Source of the DNA: a bacterium UBP8_UBA817
Lineage (GTDB): Bacteria > Margulisbacteria > Marinamargulisbacteria > CAMDBA01
Assembly: GCA_945888995.1 (NCBI GenBank)
Contig: CAMDBA010000002.1
Span: forward strand, 1,345-65,344
Direction of reading: 5' to 3'
DNA length: 64,000 nt
Of the stretch, positions 27,565-37,600 are shown piece after piece. A model generated the notes under the pieces. It was not told where the DNA came from and searched no databases. It saw nothing but the letters and a program-made list of their open reading frames with translations. The translations under genes were made by a program, and so were the position numbers. Within the stretch, counting starts at the first letter, position 1, and each line of letters starts with the position of its first letter.

Positions 27565-28863
27565 ATGTGTGCAAATATACCAAAAACTGCCTACCCTAGA
27601 ATAGTCGTCATTGGTGCTGGATTTGCGGGTATCGAATTTATTAAGCGTTTAAATAACGAAAAGGTTCAGATCGTATTGCTGGACCGGCATAATTATCACA
27701 CGTTCCAACCGCTTCTCTACCAGGTTGCGACCGGTGTGTTAGAACCGGATGCCATTGCGTATCCGATTCGTAAGATTTTTAAAAAACAGACTAATTTTCT
27801 TTTTAGAATGGCGGCGGTTGTTTCAATTGATACACAGAAAAAAACAGTTGAGACCTCGATCGGGAACATTGATTATGATGAACTAGTCATCGCCACCGGG
27901 TCCAAAACCAATTATTTCGGGTTAAAAGACTTCGAAGCCAACGCTGTTCCGATGAAGTCTATTCCTGAATCTCTGAATTTGAGAAGTATGCTGCTTCAGA
28001 ATTTTGAAGAAGCGCTTTTGGTTACCAACGAAGCCAAGCGCGAAGCGATGATTAATATCGCCATCGTCGGTGGCGGTCCTACCGGTGTCGAGCTGGCCGG
28101 GACGATTGCGGAAATGAAGCATCATATTTTTTCAAAAGAATATCCGGAATTATTAATCGATTCGATGCAGATCCATGTTATTGATAAACTTCCCCGCTTA
28201 TTGTCGGCAATGTCAGCTGTAGCTTCTCAGAAATCTCAGGAATTCCTGGCAGAACTAGGTGTTATGATCTCACTTGATACGGAAGTAAAATCCTACGACG
28301 GCGCAAAGCTAGAATTAAGCAACGGCAAAACAATTTCGACCCGCACAGTTATCTGGGCGGCCGGTGTGGCAGGATCGGTCATTCCGGGAGTGCCGGAACA
28401 AGGTGTCATTCGCAGCCGATATAAAGTCGATTTGTTCAATCAGGTTGCCGGATGTGACAATGTGTATGCGATCGGGGATGTGGCCGCAGTGATTACGGAT
28501 GAGACACCGAATGGCCATCCGATGCTAGCGCCTGTTGCGATGCAGCAAGGTAAGCTCTTAGCCGATAACTTGCTCCGAAAAGTCGCAAATAAACCGCTTG
28601 TTCCTTTTGAATTTAAAAACCCTGGCGTTATGGCCACCATCGGCCGTAAAAAAGCCGTTGTGGATATGTCATTTATTAAGTTCCATGGATTTATTGCTTG
28701 GGTATTATGGCTATTGGTCCATATTATGGCCTTGGTCGGTTTTAAAAATAAAATCGTGACTTTCGTCAATTGGATGTGGCATTACTTCAGCTATGATCCG
28801 GGATTACGCTTGATCATTCGGCCATACAAAAAGAAAAAGGTAGACGACTCCGAAGAGAACTAA
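27565..28863 (+). CDS. ndh: Type II NADH dehydrogenase (NDH-2)
   Basis: 432 aa. Two dinucleotide folds (RIVVIGAGFAGIEF and IAIVGGGPTGVELAG), plus GDVA. Confidence 0.85.
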   Translation: MCANIPKTAYPRIVVIGAGFAGIEFIKRLNNEKVQIVLLDRHNYHTFQPLLYQVATGVLEPDAIAYPIRKIFKKQTNFLFRMAAVVSIDTQKKTVETSIGNIDYDELVIATGSKTNYFGLKDFEANAVPMKSIPESLNLRSMLLQNFEEALLVTNEAKREAMINIAIVGGGPTGVELAGTIAEMKHHIFSKEYPELLIDSMQIHVIDKLPRLLSAMSAVASQKSQEFLAELGVMISLDTEVKSYDGAKLELSNGKTISTRTVIWAAGVAGSVIPGVPEQGVIRSRYKVDLFNQVAGCDNVYAIGDVAAVITDETPNGHPMLAPVAMQQGKLLADNLLRKVANKPLVPFEFKNPGVMATIGRKKAVVDMSFIKFHGFIAWVLWLLVHIMALVGFKNKIVTFVNWMWHYFSYDPGLRLIIRPYKKKKVDDSEEN

Positions 28864-28896
28864 TCGGGTTAGCTTTTTTAGAATTCTCTCTTGCCA

Positions 28897-29018
28897 ACCA
28901 CTGATTTGTAAGCGCCGAGCTCAACTCACCCCGACCTAACGGTCGACCCTCTCCATCGTCACCGACGTAGAGGGTGGCCGAAGGCCGGGTGAGGTGATCA
29001 CGCTACTTACAAATTGGC
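28897..29018. repeat. Long imperfect GC-rich palindrome (REP-like element C)
   Basis: Outer arms ATTTGTAAG / CTTACAAAT. Inner arms CTCACCCCGACC..GGCCGGGTGAG and GACCCTCT..AGAGGGTGGCC. Sits in the ndh/yggT convergent gap. Confidence 0.5.
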
Positions 29019-29038
29019 TTGTGATTAAAAAACCACAA

Positions 29039-29302
29039 TTAGAACAATCTAAAAATAATCTGCCGGATGACACCAAGTGCCAGAAACGCAAGGATCGGCG
29101 AGAAATCGATTCCAAACCGATTAGCCGGGATCAGATTTTGAAATGGTTTCAAAATCGGGTCCGTAATTTGATATAAAATCTGAATAACCGGTTGATAATG
29201 ATTATGTGGAATCCAAGAAAGCAATACCCGGATTAAAAGGGCCAGCTCCAATCCACTGATAATCGCCCCTGCTGCTGCTTGGATAAAATCGGTCATATAC
29301 AT
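29039..29302 (-). CDS. yggT: YggT-family membrane protein
   Basis: 87 aa with two TM helices and ...RVLLSWIP... typical of YggT/Ycf19. Confidence 0.7.
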   Translation of the reverse strand: MYMTDFIQAAAGAIISGLELALLIRVLLSWIPHNHYQPVIQILYQITDPILKPFQNLIPANRFGIDFSPILAFLALGVIRQIIFRLF

Positions 29303-29307
29303 AGAAC

Positions 29308-30129
29308 TTATACGCCTCCTTTGGATAGTTCGCGGGACCGGTGTACGGCCGCTAGAATAACGGATTGAATGTCGGTATCGATACGACTTTGGTCAAATGC
29401 CTGTAGGCCCGCCACCGTCGTCCCATTAGGAGAGGATACATCTGAAATGAGCTCCAATGGCGTTTTTTGACTGTCCAGAAGCATTCTTCCGGCTCCGATC
29501 ATGGTTTGGGCGATGAGGGTGAGGGATTTGGTATAATCCACGCCTTCCTGCTCACCGGTTTTGGCAATGTCATGTGCCAGGCGGTACAAAAATGCAGGGC
29601 CGCTGCCGGAAATGCCCGTGACGACATCCATATCGGATTCGTCGACTTCCACGCTGCGCCCCAAGCAATTAAATACCGCATGGCCGATTTTTCGAAATTC
29701 GGGAGAAACATTGGCATTAAATGTAAGTGCCGACATCCCTGCTTGCAAGAGCGCCGGGGTGTTCGGCATGACCCGTAATACCTGCACATGCGTCCCTAAT
29801 TGCTGTTCAAAAACGGCAATCGGCGTACCGGCAAGAATACTGATCAGCAGTTTTTGAGAGAGGTCGATTTTAGGAAATGAGGCTAAAAGCTCCCGGATGT
29901 TTTGAGGCTTTACACAAAATAATAAAATATCGGACTGTGCGATAAGGGCTTCCACATCATAAAAAATAATCTTGGACGATGCTGAAATTTCATCCCGCCG
30001 GGCAGCGTTAAGCTCATAAAACCCGATCTGAGACGGCAAAAAAAGGCCGGACGCCACAATACCTTCCAGCATGGCAGCCGCCATTTTCCCCATACCGACA
30101 AAGCCGAGCGTGTACAAAGACGAGGTCAT
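29308..30129 (-). CDS. proC: Pyrroline-5-carboxylate reductase
   Basis: 273 aa. LGFVGMGKMAAAM, RVMPNTPALL, and SPNGTTVAGL near the C-terminus. Confidence 0.9.
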   Translation of the reverse strand: MTSSLYTLGFVGMGKMAAAMLEGIVASGLFLPSQIGFYELNAARRDEISASSKIIFYDVEALIAQSDILLFCVKPQNIRELLASFPKIDLSQKLLISILAGTPIAVFEQQLGTHVQVLRVMPNTPALLQAGMSALTFNANVSPEFRKIGHAVFNCLGRSVEVDESDMDVVTGISGSGPAFLYRLAHDIAKTGEQEGVDYTKSLTLIAQTMIGAGRMLLDSQKTPLELISDVSSPNGTTVAGLQAFDQSRIDTDIQSVILAAVHRSRELSKGGV

Positions 30130-30701
30130 TAAAACGAGACTTTCGGGGTAGTTTTGCTTTGTTCTTCCGCTTCGAAATAAGATTTTTTATGAAAACCGGC
30201 GAAGTTCGCGACAATATTGCCGGGGAACATTTGAACAGTGCGATTAAAGACAAGAATATTTTCGTTATATCGACGTCTCTCGACAGACAGACGGTTTTCA
30301 GCGCCTGCCAATTCGTCCATTAACCGGTTAAATTGGGTATCAGCCTTCAGGTTCGGATAGTTTTCAGTAATGACGAGTAAGCGGGATAATGCGGACTCAA
30401 ATCCACGGTTAGCGCTGATTTTTTCATCAACGGTTTTCGCGCCGATCAGTTTGGACCGGGCTGCGGCGATGCTTTCAAACACCCCTTTTTCGTGAGTGGC
30501 ATAGCCTTTAACGGTGTTTACCAGGTTTGGAATCAGGTCATACCGTCGTTGCATCTGATTTTCGACCTGAGACCATGACGACTCGATCGATTCATTGAGT
30601 GTGATGAGATTGTTTTTTGTTGACTGGTACCAGATAAATCCACCCGCGATGGCGATAAGCAGCGCAATGAGAATGATTTTAAATGTGTTTTTGTTGTTCA
30701 T
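30129..30701 (-). CDS. lemA: LemA-family protein
   Basis: 190 aa. N-terminal TM helix, then QMQRRYDLIPNLV and RRRYNE, typical of LemA. Confidence 0.85.
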   Translation of the reverse strand: MNNKNTFKIILIALLIAIAGGFIWYQSTKNNLITLNESIESSWSQVENQMQRRYDLIPNLVNTVKGYATHEKGVFESIAAARSKLIGAKTVDEKISANRGFESALSRLLVITENYPNLKADTQFNRLMDELAGAENRLSVERRRYNENILVFNRTVQMFPGNIVANFAGFHKKSYFEAEEQSKTTPKVSF

Positions 30702-30758
30702 AAAAGGCCTCCTGTTAATATGCAGTTCTTGTACTATATAAAAATTCTATCATTTCCG

Positions 30759-31505
30759 CTACCAGCCACGGCTTCCACCGCCTCCCCCGGAAAATCCGCC
30801 ACCGAATCCCCCAAACCCCGAGCCACCGAATCCGCCGAAATCATTTCCTCTTCCACCGCCCGAAAGCCCCCCGAGAATGGCTAGTGGCAGTAGTCCGCGC
30901 CCGCCGCCGAACAGACTGCCGACGATCAGCATTAGAATAATGACTTTAATAATGGCGTCTATCGAGAGATTTTTTTTGGCTTTTTTGGGGTAAGGCTGAA
31001 TAACCTGATCCAGCGAAAATCCATAATGTGTCGATAGCGTGGCTGCAAGCGTGTAGGCGCCGTTTACGATACCTTGGTTCAGTGCGCCGCTCTTGTAAAA
31101 CGGGATGACGGATTGATCCAGAATCTCACCGACTTTGCCGTCGTTGAGCACTTCTTCCAGACCGTAACCGACTTCGATCCGGACTTTTCGATTGCCGACC
31201 GAGGTAATAAACAAAAGTCCGTTATCTTTGCCTTTTTGCCCGATTTTCCAGGTTTCGAAAAGGAGGTTCGCATAGTCTTCGATTGTAGTGTCGCCAATAT
31301 CTTTAACAGTGACAATCGCCATTTGAATGCCTGATTTTGCGGCGACAGTTTCAGCTAAAGCCGTTAGCGCCTGTTTTTCCTGCTCACCGAGGACGCCGGC
31401 ATAATCATTTACATAGCCGGTATAGGACGGAAATCCCGCCGCGATCAAAAAGGGCAGGGCAGCAAAAAGAAGTGCTAGTTTCAACCGGTTACGCATTGAG
31501 GACAT
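30759..31505 (-). CDS. TPM-domain (YgcG-like) protein with a Gly-rich tail
   Basis: 248 aa. Signal peptide, TPM pattern YVNDYAGVL...IQMAIVTV, a TM helix, and a C-terminal GGFGGSGFGGFGGG tail. The LemA-TPM pairing is common. Confidence 0.75.
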   Translation of the reverse strand: MSSMRNRLKLALLFAALPFLIAAGFPSYTGYVNDYAGVLGEQEKQALTALAETVAAKSGIQMAIVTVKDIGDTTIEDYANLLFETWKIGQKGKDNGLLFITSVGNRKVRIEVGYGLEEVLNDGKVGEILDQSVIPFYKSGALNQGIVNGAYTLAATLSTHYGFSLDQVIQPYPKKAKKNLSIDAIIKVIILMLIVGSLFGGGRGLLPLAILGGLSGGGRGNDFGGFGGSGFGGFGGGFSGGGGGSRGW

Positions 31506-32151
31506 CCAGTTGGCCGCTGATTGCCTCTAGTTGGGTGAGGTAAGATTCAAACACCATGTCCGGCTTGACCTTAGATTTCAGTGTGAGAAGATCTAAAAAA
31601 ACTTTTGTGTCGAACTGAACCACATGGCGCAATTCTATGATGGCTTCGGCAGCCGTGTGCGGAACAGGTTTGCCCAGCAGTCGCAGATAGTATTTCGAGA
31701 TCGAGACGACCATCGGAAGTGAATCGGTGATTAACGTTTTCGGACTCGCATCGGCAAATGCAAAATTTTCCCGGATTTTGAGAATCGTGGATCTGAGATA
31801 AAACTCGCATTCATGACGCAGATGCGCCGGATCTACTTCCAAAGATTTAAGGCAATCCTGACCTGCGATCAGCGTATGGTCATTAATGATATCGAGAAAT
31901 TCAATCGGAAAGACATCCAGAGATTGGAGCAATTCTTCGCGAGTGAATAATTTGAGGCTGCTTACACATTTTCGAAGCGCTTTTGAAAGCGATTGCTGTT
32001 TTTTGAGCACGCCAAATGGAAGCTGATCGACCACAACGAGCAGTGCCTGGCGGGATGCGCCGGGATTCAGATCCGCTATATAGGTGTATGCGCCGATCAG
32101 ATGAGCGTCATAAATATGAGAGAGTAAATCGGGGAGATTGGGTGAGAACAT
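31489..32151 (-). CDS. Hypothetical protein (first gene of the TPM-lemA-proC-yggT string)
   Basis: 220-aa ORF overlapping the next gene by 17 nt. No motif I can name. Confidence 0.4.
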   Translation of the reverse strand: MFSPNLPDLLSHIYDAHLIGAYTYIADLNPGASRQALLVVVDQLPFGVLKKQQSLSKALRKCVSSLKLFTREELLQSLDVFPIEFLDIINDHTLIAGQDCLKSLEVDPAHLRHECEFYLRSTILKIRENFAFADASPKTLITDSLPMVVSISKYYLRLLGKPVPHTAAEAIIELRHVVQFDTKVFLDLLTLKSKVKPDMVFESYLTQLEAISGQLDVLNA

Positions 32152-32232
32152 AATACCGGCCTCCTATAGGTCAAATCACGTGGAATAAACCGTATTGTAT
32201 AGAGACTGATAGGTGAAGTAAACCTTGCCTCT

Positions 32233-32260
32233 TTGAAATATTTAAAAAATCGGCTAAAAT
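32233..32260 (+). promoter_or_regulatory. Candidate promoter for tRNA-His
   Basis: TTGAAA (32233-32238), a 16-nt spacer, then TAAAAT (32255-32260), about 40 nt upstream of the tRNA. Confidence 0.4.
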
Positions 32261-32302
32261 ACCCAAGTCTTAAAATGCCACAGACCTCTTTATGTGTTTT
32301 AT

Positions 32303-32379
32303 GGTGGACGTAGCTCAGTTGGTAGAGCCCCTGGTTGTGGTCCAGGTTGTCGAGGGTTCGAGCCCCTTCGTTCACCCCA
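32303..32379 (+). tRNA. tRNA-His (anticodon GTG), CCA encoded
   Basis: Full cloverleaf drawn by hand. Extra G-1 pairs with C73. Anticodon loop TTGTGGT and T-loop TTCGAGC. Confidence 0.95.
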
Positions 32380-32419
32380 ACTTCTCCGACTAAAATAGTC
32401 TTCTGAGGCAACAATCAAC

Positions 32420-32992
32420 GTGAAAAAAAAGGGTTTTATCATTATCATTTCCGGTCCTTCGGGAGTCGGGAAAGGCACGATTATTCGGGAAGTTTTAAAA
32501 CATAAACCCGAGCTGAAAGTCTCGATTTCAGCGTGTACCCGTGAGCCTCGGAGTTATGAAGAAGACGGCGTGCATTATCATTTTTTACCGCAAGATGTTT
32601 TTTTTGAAAAAGTAAAAAAGCATGAATTTATCGAATGGTGTGAAGTTCATAGCAATATGTACGGAACGCTTCATTCGGAAGTTGATGCAATGGTCAATGC
32701 TGGTCAGGATGTTATTTTAGAAATTGATACGCAGGGCGCGCGAAAAATTATGTCAGAGTTCAGCCGTGTCATCAGTATTTTTATTACGCCGCCGACATTT
32801 GAAGATTTAATCAAACGGCTTCATAATCGCAATACCGAGAAAAAAGAAGTGATCGAACATCGGTTATCAATGGCCGGAAAAGAGCTGGCTGCGATCGGAG
32901 AATATGATTTTATTGTCGTCAATAATGAGGTGGATCAGACCGTAAATGATATTCTGACCATGATTGATCAGGCAAAAGAAGAATTTTCATAA
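32420..32992 (+). CDS. gmk: Guanylate kinase
   Basis: 190 aa with P-loop ISGPSGVGKGT, then YHF and the EIDTQGA region. Confidence 0.95.
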   Translation: MKKKGFIIIISGPSGVGKGTIIREVLKHKPELKVSISACTREPRSYEEDGVHYHFLPQDVFFEKVKKHEFIEWCEVHSNMYGTLHSEVDAMVNAGQDVILEIDTQGARKIMSEFSRVISIFITPPTFEDLIKRLHNRNTEKKEVIEHRLSMAGKELAAIGEYDFIVVNNEVDQTVNDILTMIDQAKEEFS

Positions 32993-33043
32993 TCTCGTTT
33001 ATTTTATAGAATATACCAAGGTCATTATTAAGGAGTGAATTTT

Positions 33044-33388
33044 ATGATGGAAGATGTAAACTTAACCGATTTAAATAAGAAATATCCAAACCGATTTTTA
33101 TTAGCTGTTGCGGTGGCCAAGCGGGCTCGTCAGCTAAAAGAAGGCGCCACGCCTTTAGTTGAGCTTAAAGATGGTGAAATGTTACCGATTATGACGGCAT
33201 TAGAAGAGCTTCAACAAGGGAAACTCGAAATCATTATGCAAGAGCATAAAGAAGACGAAGAAGAACTCATTGAAGAAATTAACCAATACTTGGTCACGAC
33301 TGAAATCGAAGATGAAGTCGTCGAAGAAGAAGAAAAACCAAAAAAAGACACCAAGTCCAAGTCTAAGTCCAAATCCTTAGCCGCATAA
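33044..33388 (+). CDS. rpoZ: RNA polymerase omega subunit with an acidic/Lys-Ser-rich C-terminal extension
   Basis: NRFLLAVAVAKRARQL core. The ATG at 33044 sits 8 nt after AAGGAG (track start GTG at 33035). Tail: EDEEELIEE...EEEEKPKKDTKSKSKSKS. Confidence 0.85.
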   Translation: MMEDVNLTDLNKKYPNRFLLAVAVAKRARQLKEGATPLVELKDGEMLPIMTALEELQQGKLEIIMQEHKEDEEELIEEINQYLVTTEIEDEVVEEEEKPKKDTKSKSKSKSLAA

Positions 33389-33392
33389 CCTC

Positions 33393-34565
33393 GTGTCCCA
33401 AACCGTTATTCTGGGTATCGCCGGCGGAATCGCCGCGTATAAAACTCCGGAACTGATCCGACAGTTAGGTAAAGCCGACATTCGGGTCGTTCCGGTTTTG
33501 ACAAAAGAAGCCCTCCACTTTGTCACCAAAACAACGATTGCCACTGTAGCGGAAACGCCACCTCATATCGACCTGTTTTCAGACGGGCCCCTTATTTCCC
33601 ATTTAGATATTGCGCGTTCGGCGGATATTTTGGTCATTGCGCCTGCGACGGCCAATCTCATCGCCAAATGCGCACTAGGCCTGGCGGATGATCTACTGAC
33701 CACTATTTTTCTCGCATTTACGGGAAGAGTCTTGATGGTGCCGGCCATGCATCCGGAGATGTATCTCAATCCTGCCACCCAAACCAATATTGCAACCTTG
33801 AAGAGCCGAGGTGTCCGGTTTTTGGGCCCGGTCCAAGGTGCGTTGGCATGTAAAGATCATGGTGTAGGCCGTATGGCCGAGCCGCCGGTTATTGTTCGAA
33901 ATATCCAAGCTATGATGGCGGGAGCGCCGTTAAAACTCGCAAACCGGCGTATTCTCATTACAGCAGGAGGCACCCGCGAAAACATCGATCAGGTCCGTGT
34001 TTTGACCAATCTGTCGACAGGAATGCTGGGGCATTGCCTGGCGGATGTGGCGGCATTTATGGGTGCGGACGTTACTTTAATTACAACCGTACCGCCTCAA
34101 ATTCCCAACCCTGAAATTAAACATGTGATTCCGGTTAATACTGTTGCCGAGATGCAGCGGGCACTGGAATCCGAAATTGAGAAAGCGGATGTGTTATACA
34201 TGGCTGCGGCGGTATCGGATTACACGGTCAAACCTGCGGCCGGTAAATTACGGCGGGAAGCCGACTTGAATTTGTCCTTAGTAGGGACTCCCGACTTACT
34301 GCAGAGCTTGGCACCCTTTAAAGGGTATAAAACCTATGTCGGTTTTTGTCTCGAAGAATCAGACTTAGCCGAAAGAGCGCGCAAAAAATTAGCCCAAAAA
34401 GGCCTTGACTATATTGTTGCCAATACACCGGCGTCAATTGGGTGTGAAAAGCGAAATATCCTCGTTATCTCGGCAAAAAAGCCTCATGATCCGATGCCTT
34501 TTTCAGGTGATCTGATGCAGGTCGCCAGGGAATTGTTAACATTAAGCGAATCATTCCCTGTTTAA
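33393..34565 (+). CDS. coaBC: Bifunctional phosphopantothenoylcysteine decarboxylase/synthetase
   Basis: 390 aa. N-terminal flavoprotein region GIAGGIAAYK...PAMHPEMY. C-terminal CoaB region ITAGGTRENIDQVRVLTNLSTG. Confidence 0.95.
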   Translation: MSQTVILGIAGGIAAYKTPELIRQLGKADIRVVPVLTKEALHFVTKTTIATVAETPPHIDLFSDGPLISHLDIARSADILVIAPATANLIAKCALGLADDLLTTIFLAFTGRVLMVPAMHPEMYLNPATQTNIATLKSRGVRFLGPVQGALACKDHGVGRMAEPPVIVRNIQAMMAGAPLKLANRRILITAGGTRENIDQVRVLTNLSTGMLGHCLADVAAFMGADVTLITTVPPQIPNPEIKHVIPVNTVAEMQRALESEIEKADVLYMAAAVSDYTVKPAAGKLRREADLNLSLVGTPDLLQSLAPFKGYKTYVGFCLEESDLAERARKKLAQKGLDYIVANTPASIGCEKRNILVISAKKPHDPMPFSGDLMQVARELLTLSESFPV

Positions 34566-34644
34566 TAGGCGAGTTTTCAGGGTATTATTAAAGATAATAC
34601 ATCTTAAAATTATTCCCTAATGGACCAAAGGAGCTGTTTATTCT

Positions 34645-37600
34645 ATGACTAATAATTCGATATTACCGTCTTCTTCTTCTTCCTCTATTTCAGGCTTTAC
34701 CGATTCTTCCTGTAGCCTACAATCCGAAGCGGATTTTATAAAAGAGGCAGTGGGTTTTGTGCCGGAAAACTTCAGTGTGCTAGACCCGACAGAGAGTCAG
34801 GCTATCGCAAAAAAGCTAGGCACGATCAGTGTTCAAGTCGAACGGCTTAACGCGCTGGAGAGCCAGCTGACGGACCTCTCCAGATTTTCGATGTCAGAGG
34901 TTTTGAAAACCTCTAAAACCTTAAGCAATATTTCAGCCTTATCCACGCAATCCCTGACAGACATTCAGGGCCGGGTCCGCGGCGTTTTGGTGGCGGAGGC
35001 GTCCTTGGAGAAGCTTGCAGGACAGGTAAACTTGAAGGTGGTCGATATCCGGCGTCTGATCGAGGCCCATATCAGTGGTGTGACACGGATGCCTGTCGCG
35101 TTTGTTGACGCACTTAAGACATGTGATACCACTCAGCTTTTGACGCTATCCGCTCAGTATAAACAATCGCTCGGCGTGGTATTGGATAAAGGAACGAATA
35201 GCCAGACAAAAGGGATTTTGAAAGCCGGATTTGACGCATTTGATGCCGCTGTTCGCAAAGGTCAGCCGGACGTGGCACTCAGTCAGCTTATTGAGGTGTT
35301 TCAGCGGTATAAAGCCGGTGATAAACTGGAGTTTTATACTCGAATTGTAACTGGGTTGCAAGGTATTCTGGCAGACGTCTCAAGCGTTCGAGATCTCCGG
35401 TTAAACGATTTTGCAGGCAGAAAAGAGGCCTTAATCGAGCAGCCGCCTAGTATCCCAATGCTTAATGCCTTACATCAATTAATTCGCGAGATCGAGGCAT
35501 TGCCTCCGAGTATTCCTATTTTGGAAACGAAGCGGGGCGGCATCCGGAACGTGATTAATGATCAGATTCGATTGGCCCAAAAGACATTGATTGACTCAGT
35601 GCTTTTGACACGGCCTGAATTTCTCGAAGTCGGTGTCGGAACTGTGTCGGTTGTCCTGAGCTCCGATAATATTGTGGCTCAAATGGATCTGAGCCCAAGC
35701 TTGACCCAGCTTATTTATACGGCGTTAAATACCGATTTGCAAAAACCATTCGGCGGTATTGCCCCATTTCTTCAACTGTCGGCCGGACTGTCCACAATGG
35801 AGCTTCCAGAGTCTCCGGCACTCAAAGCCCTTAGGGCCTATGTCGATATAACGGCGCGAAGCCAAGCTGAATTTGAAACGGTTAAAGGGGATGTAAACAC
35901 ATTTTTGACTACAGATGATCATTACCGGAATACGGACCGGCTACAGCAACTATTGATCGGATTGACCGAAGCGGCATCGGTAGAAATGGCGCCGGGGATT
36001 TTTGAGAGCCTCCATCAAAGCACGCTGGAATCGATTTCCGACTTAATTGATACACCGGGCATGGATTGGCCGGCGCTCAGGGGGCTATATATCTTTGCCG
36101 ATAACATTTCCGACAAGCTATTCGATGTTGAAACCAGACTAAAGCCAGGTAAAGCCGAGCCATCAAAGCAAGTGATGACACGTGTCAGAGAAACAATCGG
36201 CACGATTCACAAGCAAATTCTGGATAAAATTTTGGCGTCGGACCTGATGATCGCATCGATTCCCGCCGACGACCAATATGGCCGTGGCCGCGATGTCGGC
36301 GCGACATTGAATGATATGTTAAATGCGGTCATTTCAGATCCTCTTGAACGCCTTGGTATTATTTTAACCAAATTTTCAGGCTTAAGCTGTGCCCGAGCCT
36401 TAGTAGGTGGCGCATTGCAAAACGGATTGCCTTTGGACGACTCATTTGAAACCTTGCCTCAATTTTTGCGATCTGTTGAAGCGGCCAAGCCGATTGTGAA
36501 GCGTCTCAGCGAAGCGGGGCTTTTAAGTTTTGAGGCTATTTTATCGATGGGTAGCTCGCCTTCCACTACGATGCTTTTGCATGATTTGCTATCGGAAGCG
36601 CCATCGTTTGATCTGAATCATCCTCTTTTCGAGCAGGATGTCATCACCAAGCAATTCAAGCTTGATATCGGATCAAAATACAACCTGGACTCTGAGCTAA
36701 CGCTGGATGAAACGTTAAGGAAGGTCGGATCCGCCTATCCTATTTTAGGCCGGTTTCTTTTAAATCATGCCCTGGTTTTTTCAGCGCACCCGGTATCTGA
36801 AATTCATTCAAAATTCTATATGATCAATTTTATTACAGGATCGTTTGACCCCAATAACATGGCGGATTTAGACCAGGTCAGCCAGCTTCCCACTCCGGTT
36901 GTATCCGCGATCGTCTCAATGGCCTCGTCGGTGTTTAAAGTCACGCAGGGTGATACATCATTTTCTTCTCAATGGGCCCTTTTGCAAAACCTGGCGAATT
37001 TACCACTATCTGACCTTTCTTCGATCCAAAAAACAATTTTAAGTACGACCTTAAAAAAAGGTGTCGCAACATTGGTCGAGGGACCTCTAAAAACCGCTGC
37101 GACGAAATTTTTGGATCTGAAGCTGACATCCGATTTGTCGTTTTCCGGACTATTTTCAGATGAAATCGGGCTAGGATTGCAAGCGATGATTTTAGCAGGA
37201 ACCGTTGTGGATGAAGTCGCTTTCACCGGATTGTTGGCGTCTATTAGCGCTCACCATGGCGTAGCGCCCGGGGCCATGGACACGGTTACGGCATTCGCGA
37301 GATCGCAGATTACAGGCGGTGACCATGTTTTGGAGCAAGACGCGATCGGGCGGCTATTGTCTGTCGATCCTGCGACTTCGGAGCAGGCAGAAAAAGTAAG
37401 CGTCGCACATCAGTTGTTAAAGATCGCTCAGGATTGGTTTGATAGTGGGGTGGCAAAGCCTTTGGTTTTGGATCACCATCAGTTGCGCGCATTAGGCGCA
37501 ATTATATCGTCGCTCAGTGTCGAAGATATCGTCCGGGAAGAGGACGTCCGAAAAAAAACGACACAAGTATCTTCTTTTTTTGAAGTTCTGGACCGCTACT

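Noticed and set aside
28994-29176. 60-aa plus-strand ORF between ndh and yggT.
   Set aside because: It starts inside palindromic element C and runs antisense through the 3' half of yggT. It is a shadow ORF.
30759-30880. A GGC/GGA/CCG-rich DNA repeat as a possible tandem-repeat element.
   Set aside because: It is the coding sequence for the Gly-rich C-terminal tail (GGFGGSGFGGFGGG) typical of TPM/YgcG-family proteins, not a non-coding repeat.
34566-34644. A direct repeat of the tRNA-Gly 3' end that would delimit an island covering the giant ORF.
   Set aside because: By eye, only a 5-6-nt resemblance (TGGACC versus TGGAGC) is present. With no integrase gene either, island boundaries cannot be claimed from this window.
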